A DNA stretch of 64,000 nucleotides, taken from assembly GCA_963662405.2 (NCBI GenBank), contig CAXXKT010000003.1, positions 32,001 through 96,000 of the forward strand, read 5' to 3'. The DNA comes from Syntrophales bacterium. Lineage in GTDB: Bacteria; Desulfobacterota; Syntrophia; Syntrophales; UBA2210. Shown here in pieces: positions 31,979 through 41,691 of the stretch; positions within the stretch are counted from its first letter, which is position 1, and each line of letters starts with the position of its first letter. The notes beneath the pieces are model-generated. The model did no database searches. It saw nothing but the letters and a program-made list of their open reading frames with translations, and was not told the DNA's origin. Both the position numbers and the translations under genes were made by a program.

Positions 31979-34666
31979 TCAACAGTCCTGTGCCGTGATC
32001 CGGCCTTGCGTTTCAGCCGGATGTGGTGCGGTGGCATGTGGCGTAACCTTCCCGAAAAACCACTGTTCCGCTACAGTCAATATTGCCGGCAGGGCCAGCA
32101 GCGTGATGATGCCGGAGAGCATCATAATCGCGAACAGCATCACGCCCATTGTCTTATAGGGTACCAGCGGCGCCACCGTCAGCGGCAGGAAGCCTATTGC
32201 TATTACCATTACGTTCCGGCTTATCGCCCGGGCCGGTTCATCGAACATCTTGTCGATTGCTGCTTTCCACGAACCGGTTTCAGTATATTTGCCGAGACCC
32301 CGTTGCAGGAAATGAATTGCAAAATCCACCGCCATGCCCAGTGCCAGAACCCCCAGAACCGCAATCGGCAGATCGTAATTTTTACCAACGATGCCGATGA
32401 TGCCGTAGATCATTGCAATGGTGATCGTCAACGGCACCATGCACAGCGCCCCCCAACGGAAAGAACGGAACAGAAAAGACATCATAAAGAAAACCACCAC
32501 AAAGCTACCGATCAACGATCTGAGCATCGTCGGGATCAATTTATCTTCCAGTACAAGATTGATGTAATGGAGACCGGCCCAGCGGTGGTTCAGTTCGACC
32601 GGAGGCGGAACTTTCCTCAAATAATCATCGACCGCCTTGACGGTGGCTTTTATGGCCTTGCTGTCGCCGGTATTCAACTGCATCCAGACATTGGCATTCA
32701 TGTAATCCGGGTCAACCATGTGCCACAGATCATGAGGACGGTGACCCTGTTGAAATTGCAGACAGCACTGGGCAACGCCCAGCAGCGTGTCCGGAATGCG
32801 GAAGTTTTCGGGCCTTCCATCAATCATTTCCTGATGGACCTTGCAGACCGCATCCGCAACGGATGTGGTCTTTCCAACCCATCCGCTTTCCTCCATATGG
32901 CGCTGCAATGTGGTCACGTACCTCAAAACCTCGGGACGTTTGAATACTTTCAGCTCCTCTTTCTTCACGCCGATGCAGTTTCTCAACTCGTCATACGCAT
33001 AGAAATCGTCATCGGAGGCATTCCCGGACCTTTGATCGATATGATCTTCTATCGAATTCAGAAGGTCTTCATACGTCCGGCTCTTCTCGGCCAGTCCCGG
33101 GATAACCCCCGCAATCTCCTTTGCCAGTTCCGGGGCATTCCTGAATTCCGCTTTTATCTTGTCGGCAGTAATTGCCAGACCCCGGGAAATTTCCTGCACA
33201 TCTTTGTCGTCGAATGTATCAGGTTTTTGACCTTCCAAGATCAAATAGGCCGTATAGGTTCCGTCGAGGTGCTTGTTCAAGGCAATATCGGCTTCACGGA
33301 TGGGGTGCCCTTTCGCAAAGCGTTTGGCATAGTTATCGTTGACCTGGATCTTGGTGGTTCCCCAGATTGCAACGGCAACCACGATTGCCAGAATCCAGAG
33401 AACCGGTTTTGCGTGTTTATAAGTGAGATCCCCAACTGCATGTAACATCTTGGCCATATGGCTCCGGGTATCTTTCCCCCGTTCATACATGCCGAAATTC
33501 TGCAATCTTTTTTCGGGGATCATCATGATATATGCGGGGACGAAAATCACGGTGTAAAGCCAGGCGATCACAACACCGATACTGAGGAAAGCGCCGAAGA
33601 TCTGAGCCGGCGGGATAGGTGTAAATATCAGCGAAGCAAAACCTGCGGCGGTGGTCAACGATGTATAAAAGATGGGAACAAAGAGGGTATCCATAACATC
33701 TCGTATGGTTTCTGTACGCCCTCTTTCTATCGTATAGACATCAAAAAAATCGGACAGGATGTGTATTGAGCTGACGGCGCCGATGCACATCAGAAAAATG
33801 GGGATCATTGAACTCAGGATGTGAATCTGGAATCCGAGGGCGATCATTAAACCCATGGTGGACATGACCGAAACCATCGCAATGATCATCGGCATGATTA
33901 CCAGACGCCATTTACGGAAAAACACCCACAACAGGAAAAAGATAACCGCCATGGCCAGTGGCGATCCGACAGCCATCTGGGAAAACATTTCCACCCCGAT
34001 AGCAACTTCGGCAACCGGCGCACCGGCGATATGATATTCTTCATCGCCGTCCATCTGTTCTATCTTTTTGTTCAATTCATTGCAGATGCGGTAACTCAGG
34101 TGCTTGTCCGTCAACGGCAGGTATATGCACATCACCGTACCATCTTTTGAAAACATCCTGCCCACGAGCATCTGGTTTGAAAATGCTTTTTCCCGAATGG
34201 CTCGGGCCTCCTCTCTGGTATCCGGCGGTTTGGACATGAGCCATTCGAACGTGATCTCTCCGGGCCTTCCCTGGCTCATATGATCTGCCAGCGACGGAGC
34301 AAGCATATCCGCCTCGATGACGCCGGAGAAACGATCGGGATGCTCTTCATCGGGCCAGCGAAGTGTCTTTGCAAATTCGGTCAGTTCATACACGCGCTGT
34401 AACGTCACCGGATTGAAAACGCCGTCCGGATCGTGTTTGTTCACGATTCCCAGCACGACGGTTTCACTGAGGGCGAACTGTCTTTTGCTCTCATTATGAA
34501 ATACGCGGTGGGGATCGTTTTTCGGAATCATGTTTTCAGGATCCGTATCGACCTCTGCCAGCGGGAAGAATGTACACATGGCAATGGTGAACAGCACCAT
34601 TACCAATGTGGCGATTTTGTAATGGTTGATTGAGAAATTGATTAACGCAGTTTTAAAACGTTTCAT
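31979..34666 (-). CDS. MMPL/RND-family transporter, triad 1
   Basis: VDTDPENM, two TM blocks with periplasmic loops, YTSLTTAAGF, LGMAVDFAIHF. Confidence 0.92.
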   Translation of the reverse strand: MKRFKTALINFSINHYKIATLVMVLFTIAMCTFFPLAEVDTDPENMIPKNDPHRVFHNESKRQFALSETVVLGIVNKHDPDGVFNPVTLQRVYELTEFAKTLRWPDEEHPDRFSGVIEADMLAPSLADHMSQGRPGEITFEWLMSKPPDTREEARAIREKAFSNQMLVGRMFSKDGTVMCIYLPLTDKHLSYRICNELNKKIEQMDGDEEYHIAGAPVAEVAIGVEMFSQMAVGSPLAMAVIFFLLWVFFRKWRLVIMPMIIAMVSVMSTMGLMIALGFQIHILSSMIPIFLMCIGAVSSIHILSDFFDVYTIERGRTETIRDVMDTLFVPIFYTSLTTAAGFASLIFTPIPPAQIFGAFLSIGVVIAWLYTVIFVPAYIMMIPEKRLQNFGMYERGKDTRSHMAKMLHAVGDLTYKHAKPVLWILAIVVAVAIWGTTKIQVNDNYAKRFAKGHPIREADIALNKHLDGTYTAYLILEGQKPDTFDDKDVQEISRGLAITADKIKAEFRNAPELAKEIAGVIPGLAEKSRTYEDLLNSIEDHIDQRSGNASDDDFYAYDELRNCIGVKKEELKVFKRPEVLRYVTTLQRHMEESGWVGKTTSVADAVCKVHQEMIDGRPENFRIPDTLLGVAQCCLQFQQGHRPHDLWHMVDPDYMNANVWMQLNTGDSKAIKATVKAVDDYLRKVPPPVELNHRWAGLHYINLVLEDKLIPTMLRSLIGSFVVVFFMMSFLFRSFRWGALCMVPLTITIAMIYGIIGIVGKNYDLPIAVLGVLALGMAVDFAIHFLQRGLGKYTETGSWKAAIDKMFDEPARAISRNVMVIAIGFLPLTVAPLVPYKTMGVMLFAIMMLSGIITLLALPAILTVAEQWFFGKVTPHATAPHPAETQGRITAQDC

Positions 34667-34691
34667 ATGTTTTACTCCGGCGCCCATAATA

Positions 34692-34706
34692 GTTAAGCAG
34701 CTTAAC
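34692..34706. promoter_or_regulatory. Putative MarR operator GTTAAGC-A-GCTTAAC
   Basis: Perfect 7-1-7 palindrome between marR and the MMPL start; a related site lies in the marR promoter. Confidence 0.75.
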
Positions 34707-34722
34707 CTTTAAGGCAAAAAAA

Positions 34723-35199
34723 TTATTCCCTTGCCCGATTCGAAAGGCGTTGTTCCATTATACCGCCCAGTGCCTCCAGAAGAACCGACACGGTGGCAAT
34801 CTGTGAAAGGGAAAACGCACCCAGCCGTTCAATCAGATCGGTCATATCCTTTCCATGAAAACGCTCGTGCGCCCTAAATGCCTCCCATCCCAGAGGCGTG
34901 AGAGACAACTCAAATTCTTTGTTGCTTTGGGGGGATTGTTTCTTTAACAAAAATCCTCTCTTCGTCAACTTGGAAACCATCTGAGAGGCGGCGCTTTTTG
35001 TGATGCCGAAATAAGATGCCACCTTTGTCACACTGCTCGGCTCGTTTTCACCTATTGCTTGGATGGTATGAGCTTCCCGAGTCGTTACTTCCTGCCCCTC
35101 GCGGATCGGTATGGGCATTTCCTCGGTACGCGCATACATGTCCGAAACTTTCAAAAATTCCCGAATTGTAGCCTTGATGAGGTCTTCCTTGGTTTCCAT
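34723..35199 (-). CDS. MarR-family regulator
   Basis: EAHTIQAIG, ITKSAASQMVSKLTKRG, LSLTPLG; ATG 35199. Confidence 0.93.
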   Translation of the reverse strand: METKEDLIKATIREFLKVSDMYARTEEMPIPIREGQEVTTREAHTIQAIGENEPSSVTKVASYFGITKSAASQMVSKLTKRGFLLKKQSPQSNKEFELSLTPLGWEAFRAHERFHGKDMTDLIERLGAFSLSQIATVSVLLEALGGIMEQRLSNRARE

Positions 35200-35200
35200 G

Positions 35201-35235
35201 GACAATATAGTACAGGAGCTTAACTATATTGTCAA
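35201..35235 (-). promoter_or_regulatory. Sigma70 promoter of marR inside an inverted repeat/operator
   Basis: TTGACA-17 nt-TACTAT, 7 nt before the ATG; inverted repeat GACAATATAGT...ACTATATTGTC (35201-35233) whose core carries the GTTAAGC half-site. Confidence 0.75.
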
Positions 35236-35327
35236 GAAAAAACAACTGAGTTGTAAGATATTTCTTTCATAAATAATCCCCCTGTTTTCTACCAATAGTA
35301 CTATTCATGTGACCGCTGTCCGTGTGT

Positions 35328-37697
35328 TCATTTATTTTCCCCTCCGAACGGTTTAGTTAACAAGATTAGCGTCGGTGTCATCAGGTAATCGATGATTAGC
35401 GCAGTCATTAAGCCTATCGATGCCAGCAAGCCGATCCGGGCCAAATTTGCTACAAGCGAAAACATGTACATGGCAAATGTTGCAGACAGGATGATGGTCG
35501 TCATGGCCAGGGTTTTCCCAACTGTCTTAAACGAGGCAAGAATCGCCTGTTCATAATTGCCGCGTAGCTCGAATTCATATTTGATATGGTTGATGAAGTG
35601 GATCGTATCGTCCACCGCGATACCTAATAGCATGGGCATCATTGTCATGGTCATCATGTCAAGTGGAGATTTAAGATAGCCCATGTAGCCGCCGAGTACG
35701 ATGAGCGGCGAGATGTTGGGAATCATCCCGATCAAGCCGGTTTTCAGGCTGCCGAAGACAACGATTAGCAAAACACCGATTGTCAACAGCGCCACTGACA
35801 GCGATTTAAGCTCGCCGGTAACGATTTTTTTGTTCAACTCGGCAAACTGTATCGCACTACCGACGATGCTGACCTTCGCGCCGGGAAAACGTTCCCTGGC
35901 GATTCGCCGAATCGTATTTATCTCGTTGACCATTTCATTGGCATCAAAATTCATAATCCGCACCTGGGCGCGCAGCATAGAATAATCTTCATCGATCCAG
36001 CGAAATGTTTTAGTCCCACCGGAAAGTTCATACAAAAACAGGAGTTGAGCAATGAGCGCGCGACTGTCCGGAACCCGGTAATAAGAAGCACTGTCGCTGT
36101 GAAACGTTTGGTTTATATCCTTGAGAATATCCAAAATCGAGAACACCGCCGAGGCGCTTTCATTTTTTTTGGTCAATTCAAAAGTCCCGACGGTATCAAG
36201 CAAGGCATCAAAATTTTTCATAACCACCGGATCTTTAATTGCATCTGCTTCTTCATAATCGATAGTGATATTATATGTGAAATACGATCCAAGCTGAGAA
36301 TGGGCGATTTCGTACAAACGATTCACATAAGGAATTTTAGTGCCCATAAAACGAAAGACATCCATGTTTACACTTATTTTAAAAACACCGGGAATGAGCA
36401 CGAGCAGACAGATGGATGTTATAAACAGGGAAATACCTTTTCGTTTCAAAATCAGGACACCCAATTCCGACATCCAGCGGTCGAAGAAGGATTCTTTTAT
36501 TATTGTATCTACTGCTGCGACCTCGCAATCCTTGCCAAAACTCATCATAACGGGAATCAGAGTGATAACAAACAGGTAATCGGCGAACACCACGGCAGCG
36601 CAGGTAAATCCCAGCCATTGGATTGTCATAATGCCGGCAGAGGCAAATGACATGACAGATCCGATGGTGGTTATCGCAGTGAAAAAAATCGGCCAGCCGG
36701 TTTCTTCCACAGCGGAGATTATCGAAGCTTTGCGTTTCCCTGTTTGTTTGAAAAATCTCTTAAATGCATTAACAATATGGATTGAGTAGCCCACGGAAAG
36801 CGCCATGCCCAGCAGGATCGGCAGAGTCATCATATTGGAATCAACACCAATTCCCAGCAAGCCCATAATGCCAAATACAACAATGATTCCCATAATGGTG
36901 GTAAAGATCGGAACAAAAACCCCGGCAAAGGATCGCAGAAAAATGATTAACAGAATTATCATCACTACAAAGCCTGATAGAACCCGGGTCATTGTTTCTT
37001 TGCCGAAAAAATCCCGCTCTTCGGTTTCAGAGTAAGGCATTCCGGCGGCTTTGAGCGTGTAACGATCACTTTTCCATTTCGGATCAGTCACGATGGAAAT
37101 GGCTGCTTCACCGACCTGGAACATAGGATCTGTATCGGTTACTTTTTTCCATTCTTCTGGTTCAGGGTATTCCAGCAATTCTAGCGATATCCAGGTTTCC
37201 GTGCAATCCTCCGATACCAGCTTGTTAACAACAGATGTCCGTGACAAAATGAGCTTTCGTATCTCTTCGATTTCGGCAGGATCATCGGGGATACCCTCTT
37301 CAAAAGGATTCATGATGCAGATGGCATCTTCAGTCCCAACAGAAATTTCCAGTTCTGTCAGGGAGGTCACTTCATCGGCATACGGGACTTTTTCCAGTAA
37401 TTCATCACCAAGTGCTTTGATGGCTTTCAGTACTTCGGGGTGAAATACATCATTCCCCTGGACAAGGATACCGATAGTATCATTATTGCCAAATTGTTCT
37501 TCGAATTTTTCAGTCGCAATTTCTATAGCTTCTGTATCGTCAAACCAGCTATCACGATCGTTTTTCATTGTTATTTTATTAAGGCCTGTTATTCCAGACG
37601 CTGTCAGGAGAAGCGCGAGAAAAATAAACATCCAGCGATGATTAATTTGAAAAACACCCATTTTTCTAAAAAAACTATTAACTTGTTGAATTTTCAT
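35328..37697 (-). CDS. MMPL/RND-family transporter, triad 2
   Basis: FEEQFGNND, MALSVGYSIH, ETGWPIFFTAITT, GMIPNISP, GIAVDDTIHF. Confidence 0.92.
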   Translation of the reverse strand: MKIQQVNSFFRKMGVFQINHRWMFIFLALLLTASGITGLNKITMKNDRDSWFDDTEAIEIATEKFEEQFGNNDTIGILVQGNDVFHPEVLKAIKALGDELLEKVPYADEVTSLTELEISVGTEDAICIMNPFEEGIPDDPAEIEEIRKLILSRTSVVNKLVSEDCTETWISLELLEYPEPEEWKKVTDTDPMFQVGEAAISIVTDPKWKSDRYTLKAAGMPYSETEERDFFGKETMTRVLSGFVVMIILLIIFLRSFAGVFVPIFTTIMGIIVVFGIMGLLGIGVDSNMMTLPILLGMALSVGYSIHIVNAFKRFFKQTGKRKASIISAVEETGWPIFFTAITTIGSVMSFASAGIMTIQWLGFTCAAVVFADYLFVITLIPVMMSFGKDCEVAAVDTIIKESFFDRWMSELGVLILKRKGISLFITSICLLVLIPGVFKISVNMDVFRFMGTKIPYVNRLYEIAHSQLGSYFTYNITIDYEEADAIKDPVVMKNFDALLDTVGTFELTKKNESASAVFSILDILKDINQTFHSDSASYYRVPDSRALIAQLLFLYELSGGTKTFRWIDEDYSMLRAQVRIMNFDANEMVNEINTIRRIARERFPGAKVSIVGSAIQFAELNKKIVTGELKSLSVALLTIGVLLIVVFGSLKTGLIGMIPNISPLIVLGGYMGYLKSPLDMMTMTMMPMLLGIAVDDTIHFINHIKYEFELRGNYEQAILASFKTVGKTLAMTTIILSATFAMYMFSLVANLARIGLLASIGLMTALIIDYLMTPTLILLTKPFGGENK

Positions 37698-37880
37698 GCA
37701 CTACTCCTTCACTGTGTTCTGTCTTGCCTTGGAAGTATGGGCTCTCTTTTCCTCGTTTCCACTTTTAAAGAGGAGCGTCAGGACCGGAAAGGGTACGCTA
37801 CGGTTGCTTTTTCGGGCAATGGATGCACGTAGTCGCGGCGCCTCATGCACGAAGGTATGTTCCCGGTCGCTGTTCTCCTT

Positions 37881-39143
37881 TTAAAAACTGTACCGCACCT
37901 TGACCCATGTTTGGGTATTGTCCCGGTATTGTCCGAACGTTCCATTCTCCGGGCCGTAAAAAACATCGGCCCCGGCCAGCAGATGAAAATTGTCCGTCAG
38001 GGCGTATTCTGCTTTCAGGCGGTCGAAAACTGAATCGTCATCCACGCGGTAATAGAACATATTGGAGAGGGTCAGCGTCTGGCGAAGCAGTTTTTTAGAA
38101 ATATTCAGCGTCACCATCGGAGAGTGCTCGGAATCGGACAGAGTCGGTTCGTAATCAAAAATGGTGGCCCCGGTCAATTGGGCAATCACGGTCCAGTCGT
38201 GGCCTGGGTTCCAGTCAACCCCCAAAAGCCATTTAATCGCATCCTTCTTAAGTGGATTGTCGGTGATCCCCTTTGTTTCATAGTGGCACCCCTTGTAATA
38301 GGCCGCTTCTCCCCGAAACACGAACTCGGACCAGGGCCTCGAAAATTCGAGCCCGAAAACGGTGAGACGGTGATGTTCGGGGGCTAGACAGACAAGGGTT
38401 ATCTCCCCGTCGCTTTCGACATGGCGATACCGGGTCGGATAGTCGTTCCAGGTGTAAAAGACCGAGGCCGCGGCATCTATACCGGAAAAGAAAGCAGATA
38501 CCTTCAGGGCGATTTCACTGTTTCCCAGGGATGTAGCGGGTGTGAGCGCCTCTGCCGAAGTGATTTGAACATCTTTGGGCAGATCCGATTGGAGCGCCCA
38601 GGGATTGTCCCCGCTCGGCTGGACAGCCGCTTTAAAAACCGGTATCCAGATCAGCTCCGTGTCGATGTGCTTTCCCAGAAGCCTGAACTTTACGGCATCC
38701 ACCGGCATGCGGATTTCATCCAGATCACGGGTTACGTATTCAATATAATCAGGCGGCGATATGATATCGGTGATCTGGACCCCGTCGGCCTTGCCCCATA
38801 TGATGGTCTGGCGTCCGAGCCTCATATCCCAGCCCTCGGCGGCATATTCCAGCCACGCCTCGTGCCGGTCAAATCCTGTTTCTTCAGAAATTTCCCAGTT
38901 TCTTTCCGCATCCACGGAAACAAAACCGAAAAAATCGCCCAAATCGGCCGAAAGCTTCAGACGTCCCCACTGGCGCGAGGTGAGCGGTTCATGAGGCGAC
39001 GCCACCCGCATCGATTGGATCGTCTCGACCCACCCTGAAAGCGCAAAACGATCGGTCCAACCGGTTCCTTCAGCACCGGCTGCCGGCACGCAGCCGAGCA
39101 TGACTGCTGCCAGCCACATCCAAAAATGCCGTGCTTTCATCAT
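37881..39143 (-). CDS. Outer-membrane beta-barrel protein (DUF1302-like), triad 2
   Basis: Signal peptide, LGRQTIIWGKADG, GTFGQYRDN, C-terminal VRYSF. Confidence 0.78.
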   Translation of the reverse strand: MMKARHFWMWLAAVMLGCVPAAGAEGTGWTDRFALSGWVETIQSMRVASPHEPLTSRQWGRLKLSADLGDFFGFVSVDAERNWEISEETGFDRHEAWLEYAAEGWDMRLGRQTIIWGKADGVQITDIISPPDYIEYVTRDLDEIRMPVDAVKFRLLGKHIDTELIWIPVFKAAVQPSGDNPWALQSDLPKDVQITSAEALTPATSLGNSEIALKVSAFFSGIDAAASVFYTWNDYPTRYRHVESDGEITLVCLAPEHHRLTVFGLEFSRPWSEFVFRGEAAYYKGCHYETKGITDNPLKKDAIKWLLGVDWNPGHDWTVIAQLTGATIFDYEPTLSDSEHSPMVTLNISKKLLRQTLTLSNMFYYRVDDDSVFDRLKAEYALTDNFHLLAGADVFYGPENGTFGQYRDNTQTWVKVRYSF

Positions 39144-39940
39144 CAGCGGATACGGCCGCGCTGGATCGCCGAGACCCTGAAGAGGCTGTCTTTGAGGGCG
39201 GTATTATACTGAACGGAGTTGATCTTCAGCACGGTTTTATGGGACCGGGAAATGTTATCCATCTCCGAGTGAAATACCGTCCAAAACCCGCCTGCTTTTT
39301 TAAATGTCAGGGCACGGTAGATTTTCAGCAGGCCGTTCTTGTCGTAATATTCGGACTTTAGCACCAGATGAGCTGTTTTATTGACCCAGATGATCTTGCG
39401 GGTATACATGTCCTTCGGATCAACAGGTATTGATTCAACTTTCCAGCAGGCGTGACCACCCACATTTTCCTCGCCTAGCAGGGTATGCGTATCCTCCTCC
39501 ACGTTGCGGTCACCCATATCGTCATAGGTAAAATCGCTGCCCATGAAATACTCGTTTCTGGAAGAGCCGCTGATGCGGCGGACCTTTTTCAGGGCCGGCA
39601 TATAGAGCCATTTGTCGTCTTCCCGGGCAGGATCATCATATTCCCAGGATAAAAATGCTGTACCTTTCACATCCGCAGGTTTCTCGAATACCATGACCGA
39701 CTTTTTGTCCTTGCCAAAGTCCTTGGAAAAACTCTTAACTTCACGAATCCGCTGCTGGCCGCGCTTGTTGATCAGGGTCATAGTGAGTACGGACCGGCGG
39801 TCATCTCCGTCAGGCCGTTCATCTACTATGGTCATGATCTCCTTGCCGGACATCTCCTGTCCTTGAGCCTGAAGGACCACCGCCAGGAACACAGCCAGTG
39901 TCAAGAATGCTAACTTTAAAGTGCGTATCCGTACCATCAT
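39143..39940 (-). CDS. LolA-like 'outer membrane lipoprotein-sorting' protein, triad 2
   Basis: PADVKGTAFL, DDKWLYMPALKKVRRI, FMGSDFTYDDM. Confidence 0.9.
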   Translation of the reverse strand: MMVRIRTLKLAFLTLAVFLAVVLQAQGQEMSGKEIMTIVDERPDGDDRRSVLTMTLINKRGQQRIREVKSFSKDFGKDKKSVMVFEKPADVKGTAFLSWEYDDPAREDDKWLYMPALKKVRRISGSSRNEYFMGSDFTYDDMGDRNVEEDTHTLLGEENVGGHACWKVESIPVDPKDMYTRKIIWVNKTAHLVLKSEYYDKNGLLKIYRALTFKKAGGFWTVFHSEMDNISRSHKTVLKINSVQYNTALKDSLFRVSAIQRGRIR

Positions 39941-40082
39941 TTTATTCCTTCCCTGTCTAATGGTCTTCCTGTATCTTCCATATTGTTGTCTATCATCGTT
40001 ATTACCTTTCTGCCGGGCACCTACACGGCGTTCTCAAAGATGCAGCAAAATTAACTTCCCGATCTATGACATCGCTTCAGCA

Positions 40083-40327
40083 GGATCGGACATCTTGATA
40101 GTCGGCCAATGTCTTTTGAACCGCTAATGTATCCCCTGTCATTACAATGAGTTCTGGATTGGTTGTAATCAAACAGAGACCTCAAGATTAACTTAACTCC
40201 TTTCTCCAAACCATGTAATGTGCTTTGTCGGGTTTGCCACTGGCCGGTTTGAAGGTATCACTACATTAATGTATCCCCGGTTTGTCAGTAAAAATTGGCC
40301 CGAGTATCCGCCGGGAGATTCCCGCTG
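40083..40327 (-). pseudogene. Decayed fragment paralogous to the binding protein at 47629-48651
   Basis: Manual translation across frameshifts and stops: ESPGGYSGQFLLTNRGYINV/DTFKPASGKPDKAHYMV...NPELIVMTGDTLAVQKTLADY vs EAPGGYADRFLLSKLGCINAGDAFKPDDGKPTKGHYMV...DPDAIVMTGDTFAVQKAMADY. Confidence 0.88.
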
Positions 40328-40407
40328 GGAAATTAAAAAGATCGGATTGAGACAAAAAAACATAAACAATCATCGCGAAAGCCCCTATTTCTCCAGGCAC
40401 GAAAGTG

Positions 40408-40875
40408 TCACCTTTTTTTAGATATTTTCGGAATAAGAAACACCAGTATTGCCGCAATAATGACAATAATAATGAGTACCGGTATCGATACGGGAATTCC
40501 GCTCGCATCCGATTTTTCCGCCGGTTGCAGCGAAGCCGCTTCAATATTCTTCGTAAATCCGCTAGGCGGAGCTGGCCCGTCTTTTACTACTCTATGCCCC
40601 GGGCCACCATCGAAAACAAGGTAATAGGGTTCCGTCGGAATCTCTATCTCAATGGTGCTGGACTCGGGAAATTTCTGATGCGACAGGATCGTCCCTTCAA
40701 GTTTGTTTTTGACATAGAGATCAACACCCACAGCCCCTGTGCCGGTAGAAAAATCGCCTTTTACAGTCAATGTTCCATCTTCATTATCCTGCAGCATCAT
40801 CAGCGGTGTATGCGCGAAAGCCGGCACTGCTACGATAAAGAGTATTAATAAAAAAGGAAAAACGGAATTTTTCAT
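40408..40875 (-). CDS. Exported protein with mature N-terminal His and C-terminal membrane anchor
   Basis: Signal peptide AFA|HTPLM, DNEDGT, FDGGPGH, C-terminal TM followed by a basic tail. Confidence 0.75.
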   Translation of the reverse strand: MKNSVFPFLLILFIVAVPAFAHTPLMMLQDNEDGTLTVKGDFSTGTGAVGVDLYVKNKLEGTILSHQKFPESSTIEIEIPTEPYYLVFDGGPGHRVVKDGPAPPSGFTKNIEAASLQPAEKSDASGIPVSIPVLIIIVIIAAILVFLIPKISKKR

Positions 40876-40889
40876 ACGATCACCAACCC

Positions 40890-41315
40890 TCAATCAAAGG
40901 TCTTTAGCAACTTGAATGACCATATAACAGCCAGAATGCCGGGAACCATCTGCAGAATGAATGTCGTACCGCCGTTCAGGATATCACCCTTTGCAATATG
41001 GACAATGGAATGGAGTCCGTTCAGGAGCATGACCACAAGTGCAAGGATTGTCAGGATTCTCCATCCCGTTTTCCCTTTGATCACAAAAGCCATGAACGCT
41101 GGGGCAATAGTGATTACAGCAAAAACGAACATCATGATCTGGGTCGAAGGTTGCTTCATCATCTCGGCAATTTCAGTAAGCATCTTTGGATCCATTCCAT
41201 GGGCAAGCAAATTGTGTAGAACCGAATGCATAATGTAACCCAAAAAGCTGAGTGTATATAAGCCGCCAATCTCAAGTCTCCTCACATCATTGTAAAATAA
41301 TTTTGAATTGTCCAT
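40890..41315 (-). CDS. Hypothetical 4-TM membrane protein
   Basis: GGAGG RBS; hydrophobic helices with paired His (MHSVLH, LHSIVH). Confidence 0.75.
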   Translation of the reverse strand: MDNSKLFYNDVRRLEIGGLYTLSFLGYIMHSVLHNLLAHGMDPKMLTEIAEMMKQPSTQIMMFVFAVITIAPAFMAFVIKGKTGWRILTILALVVMLLNGLHSIVHIAKGDILNGGTTFILQMVPGILAVIWSFKLLKTFD

Positions 41316-41691
41316 TTCTTCCTCCAAACCACCTAGTGTTTGATGATGCTAACTTTATTTAGCCCTTCTAATCAAAATACATCGCTGATGTCAATAAAAT
41401 AATGTGGCTGTGTTCCTACTTGATAACGGGCGGCATTGATGTTAGATTTATCTAAGAATGATATAAAAAACTAAAAATTGTACGGCGTGTTGCACCAGAA
41501 AATAAAACGATTGTTACACGTCGTGTGAAAATCTGAAATATTTAATGGGAAAGACTGAAAATGAGTCCGAAATTTGAAATATGGAAGACAAGGGTAAACA
41601 ATCTGCCTCAGCCCGAGTCCGATTTTGAGAAATGGTTGTTTGTAAGCATAGCAAGTGTATTGCTTGGAGGCAAATCCGGTTAATTGTTAAT

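Noticed and set aside
35294..35305. Palindrome AATAGTACTATT
   Set aside because: Short, AT-rich and single-copy, with no link to a promoter; it may be chance.
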